In this document: in pieces, positions 32,594-37,496 of the stretch | Layout of the letters: every line of letters begins with the position of its first letter | Position numbering within the stretch: position 1 is the stretch's first letter | Assembly (NCBI RefSeq): GCF_001194135.2 | Contig: NC_068998.1 | Location: 29,741,469 to 29,778,964, forward strand | Direction: 5' to 3' | DNA from: Octopus bimaculoides | Lineage: Eukaryota | DNA length: 37,496 nucleotides | Position numbers and translations under genes: made by a program | The notes under the pieces: generated by a model | The model's database searches: none | Told to the model about the DNA's origin: nothing | Seen by the model: the letters and a program-made list of their open reading frames with translations, nothing else

Positions 32594-33105
32594 CGAGGTG
32601 CGTTCAAAAAGTATCCGACATTTTTCCTGCCAAAACTAATGTCCTTGGGCGGGAGGTGATGCTACCCTTCCTGCGCATACGTACAAATTTTGCGCCGGTA
32701 GGCCACATCAGTTCCCAGCTGTTACACCTAGAGTACAGACGTGTAGTGCGCGCTGGTCAGATTTTTGTTTTCACGCAAGATGACCGAACGTATTGGACAC
32801 CATAAACCTGTCTCATCACCAGTGATGATGATCTTCCTGAAGTCTGGATCATGGCCTACACACTCCATCATGTCCTGAGTGATTTCCATGTTGAGTTGCT
32901 TCTGCTGCTCCTCCAGCACCTTGGGGGCGAATTTCGCCGACACTCTCCGCATGCACAAATCCTCCGTTAAAATGGAATGCACTGATTCTGTGCTTATTCC
33001 CACTTCGTGAGCAATTTCCTGGATTGTTATACGTTCTTCCATGGCTATTCGCCAAACCTCAATCGGCTCCTCTTTTCGGCTTGTGGATGGCCTGAGCGTT
33101 CCATT
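32594..33105. mobile_element. Internally inverted mariner remnant
   Basis: TA-CGAGGTGCGTTCAAAAAGTATCCG TIR, leader and ATG (32780) are on +. From about 32797 the transposase runs on - (RITIQEIAHEVGISTESVHSILTEDLCMRRVSAKFAPKVL...IITGDET). Confidence 0.82.
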
Positions 33106-34901
33106 CAACCCTAAGCAATAAAACTTAAATTTTATTGAATATTACAGTAAAGTAAATCAGACCGTATGCTGTTTGTTTTAAAAATAATTCTCTATTTCTG
33201 ACCAAAAAGTTTGAGTCCCAATTTCGAAATGATTTTGTTACAAAGAGGTAATTATTCTGAAAACCTAATTTGTTTTGTTGAATTATTTTATTCTCATGAA
33301 TTTTCACTTTCTTAATATAAAACTCCTTTGATTTAGTGCATATGACGGTGATATAGCATTGACCAAGTGCGTTTCATTTATTTAAAGTTATCTAAAATAT
33401 TTTATCTCACGATAGGGCCTAGATGCAATCGCTCGGTTTGGTACGTATCGAAACTAAAATACATTATAATCATATCCTCCTATATTGAACAATAGCATCA
33501 AAAACACCCCAAATGATTTAATACAATTATACCTATATGTATTAAACAATACAAAAAATGAACAGCGTAATAATAATTCAACAGTATCAATTCAATCAAC
33601 AATAACAACAAAAAATAATCCATAATCGTAACCAGAATGTAGCACCTATAAGCAACAGCATAATGAACATTTCAAACGATCGACAACAGAAAAATAACTC
33701 AACAACACAAGCATAAAGACTCACGTGTGTAATATTTTCATGTAAATCGGAAGTAACAAAAAAAGTGAACAAATTTAAACATGGTGACAGGAAGTAGACC
33801 TCACAATAAATAAGAGTTAGTAGTTCAATTTGATTGAGAAGGACTGATAACTAAAACGATTATAAAAATCACATTCTCTGAAATTTTTTTACAAGTAGCA
33901 TTATGAAAAATTTTGATATTAATTTTTGATTAAACAGAAATATTTCTGTAAGACAGTTTGCATAAATATATCCCAATATTTAATTGCCTCTTTTGCCATT
34001 ATAGTTAGATGCTTATCTTAAGGTATTTTTCTGGTGGTTACATTGTAGAGTAGTTATGGAGCAGCTGTCTATCATTGCGGAATCTATGCCAGTTTTCCAG
34101 TTGGCTGTACAGTTAGATTTTATAATTTTATATATTCTAACGAGATATACTGTTTTAATATTTGGATTTCGATTGTTTATGTACATTGACAATATCCAGA
34201 AATATGCTGTTATCAGCTTTTTGATATTTCCACGTCACACTTAGTATACTGTTTTATTTTTAATGTATTTAATAGATTAATCTTTCTTCACATCCATAAA
34301 TCGTATATTATTTTCCTAAAGAGCTATTTTTCAAATAAGTTAATTTCATGATGAACATTCAGCCTACTGTTATCAGTTGAGGTGGATCTCTGGTGTTTCT
34401 GTTCGTTATTTAACCCCAAGTCAACCCTGACAGAGCAAACTTATGATGAAATTTAGTTCAGTCATGACCACCTTGTCTTCTTAAGCTTAGGCTTCTTAGG
34501 CTTAGATTATCTAATATATCATCTCTAGTTTTCAGGATGGTAGAGTGAGACTTAAGTGAGGTTTAGCTTCAATTTTTAGCAGGTCGAACATCCATTTAAA
34601 GTCTCCTTTGTTGACTCGCGTTGCTTATGTTTCTACATTTGTATCATCTAGTGTAAAGTTTTACCTATCACTAGGATTTCACGTCTTAATCAAATAGTTT
34701 ATTCATAGGTACACTCCCGAGTAAGAGGTCTGGCAGAAAAATTTTATAAACATTTAAACCTATCTGCTTAATCTGTATTTTGGTAAGACCCTTCATTTAA
34801 AATGATTTGATTTCCATTCAGTATCAGACATTATATCTGTGACTAATTTCAAGTTGCATTACGATGAATTTTCATGAATGGTTTTGCTGAAATTAACATC
34901 A

Positions 34902-35209
34902 ACTTTTGACCACTGAGCAGGTACCTATGAAAATCGAAAGAGGAAAGCATTACTCATGCAGTAAGTGAATATAGCATACTAGCATAGAAAGAATACAAGC
35001 AAAGAGATGACAATCTACGGAGAGTTATATACTGGGAGCTATGTAGAAAGCTAGGATTTGACCATAGATGGTATGAACATAAACCTAGTAAAGTACTAGA
35101 CAGTAGAAATACAAGATGTTATGGGACTTTAACATTCAGAGTGACAGAGTAATACAAAGTAGAAGTCTTGCTTTAGTAGTAGTAGATAAAGAGAATAGAT
35201 AGTGCCAGA
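34902..35209 (+). mobile_element. RLE-LINE fragment (zinc knuckle to endonuclease start); duplicate of 36600-36907
   Basis: Remnants SITHAVSE.SILA.KEYKQR.DN, WELCRKLGF, WYEHKP.KV and LWDFNIQSDRVI. Confidence 0.85.
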
Positions 35210-35349
35210 TAATTGGCTTATCGACACATTATATTACTTCTTTTACTTTCTATTGTTTGGAAAATGATTGTGTGCATATAAGTTATTCCATAGTGGCATT
35301 GTTATAGAAATTCCCACCATTACTGTACTGTTGATGTCAAATGTTGTTA

Positions 35350-36595
35350 ACTTCAAGCAATACTTGAAAAAGTCTATGAGGAGTCTCTCAAAGAGGAATA
35401 TCTCTGTCTTCATCTTTCAACTTCGTTTACCAGTCAACCTCTTTCGCTAACGACCAGTTAAAGGAGGTCGGCGGGGCAATCGTTACTATGGACAAGCCAA
35501 TAGACGGATATGTCCCACACATGACAGCAGCAGTTCAACATTGCTCTACAAGTCAGCAATGCCCCGACGCTGAATAAATAGGTGCAGGACGGTCTCGTCG
35601 CTCTGCACGCATCTTGGATAAGCCCGTCTGGCAGCACATCCGTGCCTGTAGAGTTTACCTTGAATCGGTAGCTTCCAAGGTCAGGACTTCTGAAAATTAT
35701 CCATGGTAGTCCCCGACCGAAAATTCCTCTGGAATAGACTAACCAATTCCTTTCTGTCGACACCCTGAGTCTCTGAGAACGTCGTCACACGTCTCCGACA
35801 CTAATCCTCTATAGATTGCTAAAGTGGAACATCCACGGATCCCATTGCCTGACTGGTAGAGGTTCTGTGAGCGCCTGACGAATTTCTAGGTGCTAGGTGC
35901 TATGTCTCGGTCTTTCCTTCATTCAGGACAGCAGCTCCGTGAAGAAGATGAGCTGCAGAAAGACATGCCTCACGAACAATGCCCACACACGTTCACATGT
36001 GGCGAAATGTCGGTGCGTGTCTACTCGATAGCAGCCACAGCATGTCTAAGGTGCTGGCAGAAAGCTGACCTCCTGACCACTGGAATGCGTTCCTTTTGCA
36101 AAAAAAAGCTAAATAACAGACGCTTCAGCCTGATCAAGAGGCAGCTAGGGCAAGGCGATAAAATATAGCGGAGGCAACGTAAGCATTTGCCAACTGTGTC
36201 TTTTCTGGAACAGTTTCCTCTCTGCCCATTTCTAAGACTGGCCATCCTATTTGACACCTCGTCCCAGTTCTTATCCACATAGAGGTTGGGACCAAACCAG
36301 ACCTCAAACAGTTTAACTAGTCCGTCAGTCCAATGTCCAATAACGCCATCCGACAGCATGGACCTACCTCTCCAAGTGCTCAGCTGCAAGCCTACCGACT
36401 TGTCGGTGCTAATTTTGGCCAGCGACTGTAGAATGGTGCCGACCACCTCCTCCACTTCAGAGGTGTTCAACACTATGATGGATGATGTTTAAACTTCTGC
36501 AATTGAGGCTCGAGAGACAGCACGCAAAGAAGAGGTGAGAGTGGGCAGCCCTGATGGACCAAAAGTACAATGCGAAACGATTCCAACAGGTAGCT
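35350..36595 (-). mobile_element. Decayed L1/Tx1-clade LINE fragment (RT C-terminal half onward)
   Basis: Minus strand VHQGCPLSPLLCVLSLEPQLQK, KISTDKSVGLQL, VKLFEVWFGPNL, RLLFSFF...RIPVVRRS and IDFFKY.LK. Confidence 0.8.
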
Positions 36596-36599
36596 GTTT

Positions 36600-37237
36600 A
36601 CTTTTGACCACTGAGCAGGTACCTATGAAAATCAAAAGAGGAAAGCATTACTCATACAGTAAGTGAATATAGCATACTAGCATAGAAAGAATACAAGCAA
36701 AGAGATGACAATCTACGGAGAGTTATATACTGGGAGCTATGTAGAAAGCTAGGATTTGACCATAGATGGTATGAACATAAACCTAGTAAAGTACTAGACA
36801 GTAGAAATACAAGATGTTATGGGACTTTAACATTCAGAGTGACAGAGTAATACAAAGTAGAAGTCTTGCTTTAGTAGTAGTAGATAAAGAGAATAAATAG
36901 TGCCAGACAAATGACTTTACAGTCCCAAATGATGAAAAAATCAATATGAGAGGTATAGAAAAAATAGCAAAGTCCCAGGACCTAGCCATTGAATTACAGA
37001 GACTATGGAAAGTGCAGGTAAAATGTATCCCAGTAGTTATATGTGCATTGGGAACTATCTCTAAAGATCTGAACAGATGGATATAGGAAATAAGCATAAA
37101 ACCCAGTTTAGTACACCTCCAGTAAACAATGTTATTAGGGAATTAGGAGGATTCTTGGCATATAAGGTTACTTCTTGTAACCCGATTTTAGTAATTTTTA
37201 TTGTCCAACAGTCTAGTCTGTTGTGTGTGTGTATGAA
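36600..37237 (+). mobile_element. 3' end of an R4/Dong-like RLE retrotransposon with (AAT)n tail
   Basis: LWDFNIQSDRVI..., DFTVPNDEKI...EKIAK.QDLAIELQRLWKV and IPVVICALGTI. 3' UTR hairpin GGTTAC-TTCTT-GTAACC (37166-37182). Confidence 0.85.

Positions 37238-37300
<63 letters not shown>
37238..37300. repeat. (AAT)21 microsatellite
   Basis: Direct reading. Confidence 0.97.
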
Positions 37301-37302
<2 letters not shown>

Positions 37303-37496
37303 AGAGGAATATTCCAGGGAGACACGCTCTCTCCACTCCTGTTCTGCCTGGCACTCACACCTCTAACAGAATTGCTAAATAGAACTGGATGCGGTTACAA
37401 ATGCTATGGAAAAACAGTCAGCCACCTTCTATATATGGATGACCTAAAATTATATGCAAGAAACGACAAAGAGCTAGAAACACTACTACAGACAGT
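37301..37496 (+). mobile_element. 5'-truncated RLE-LINE reverse transcriptase fragment, open to the window end
   Basis: Frame from 37303 reads RGIFQGDTLSPLLFCLALTPLTELLNRTGCGYKCYGKTVSHLLYMDDLKLYARNDKELETLLQT with no stop. Confidence 0.9.

Overview
AT-rich, microsatellite- and transposon-dense animal genomic DNA with four N gaps. It is most likely a cephalopod (Octopus-like), which I infer from recalled SINE families and repeat style rather than from a search. One protein-coding gene spans most of the window on the + strand. It has 10 coding exons (1874-28438, all introns GT-AG, phases closing exactly) giving a 2823-nt CDS and a 940-aa secreted protein: signal peptide, six-Cys CBM14/peritrophin-A chitin-binding module, then the full four-domain bacterial chitobiase (ChB)-type GH20 beta-N-acetylhexosaminidase (CHB_HEX, GH20b, GH20 barrel with HFGGDE, C-terminal Ig-like domain). 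Introns and the 3' flank hold a hAT MITE with a perfect 8-bp TSD, tRNA-derived SINEs (two with TSDs), four decayed mariners, a Merlin relic, RLE-type (R4/Dong-like), L1/Tx1-like and unassigned LINE fragments, and a probable LTR with an antisense TATA+Inr promoter. Hidden non-coding structure includes a candidate minus-strand type I hammerhead ribozyme (17961-18083), an inverted pair of decayed minimal hammerhead/Penelope-like ends (24512-24832), a 308-bp direct duplication around a Tx1 fragment, and a head-to-tail RLE-LINE junction on (AAT)21. All calls were made by eye; no searches or folding programs were run.
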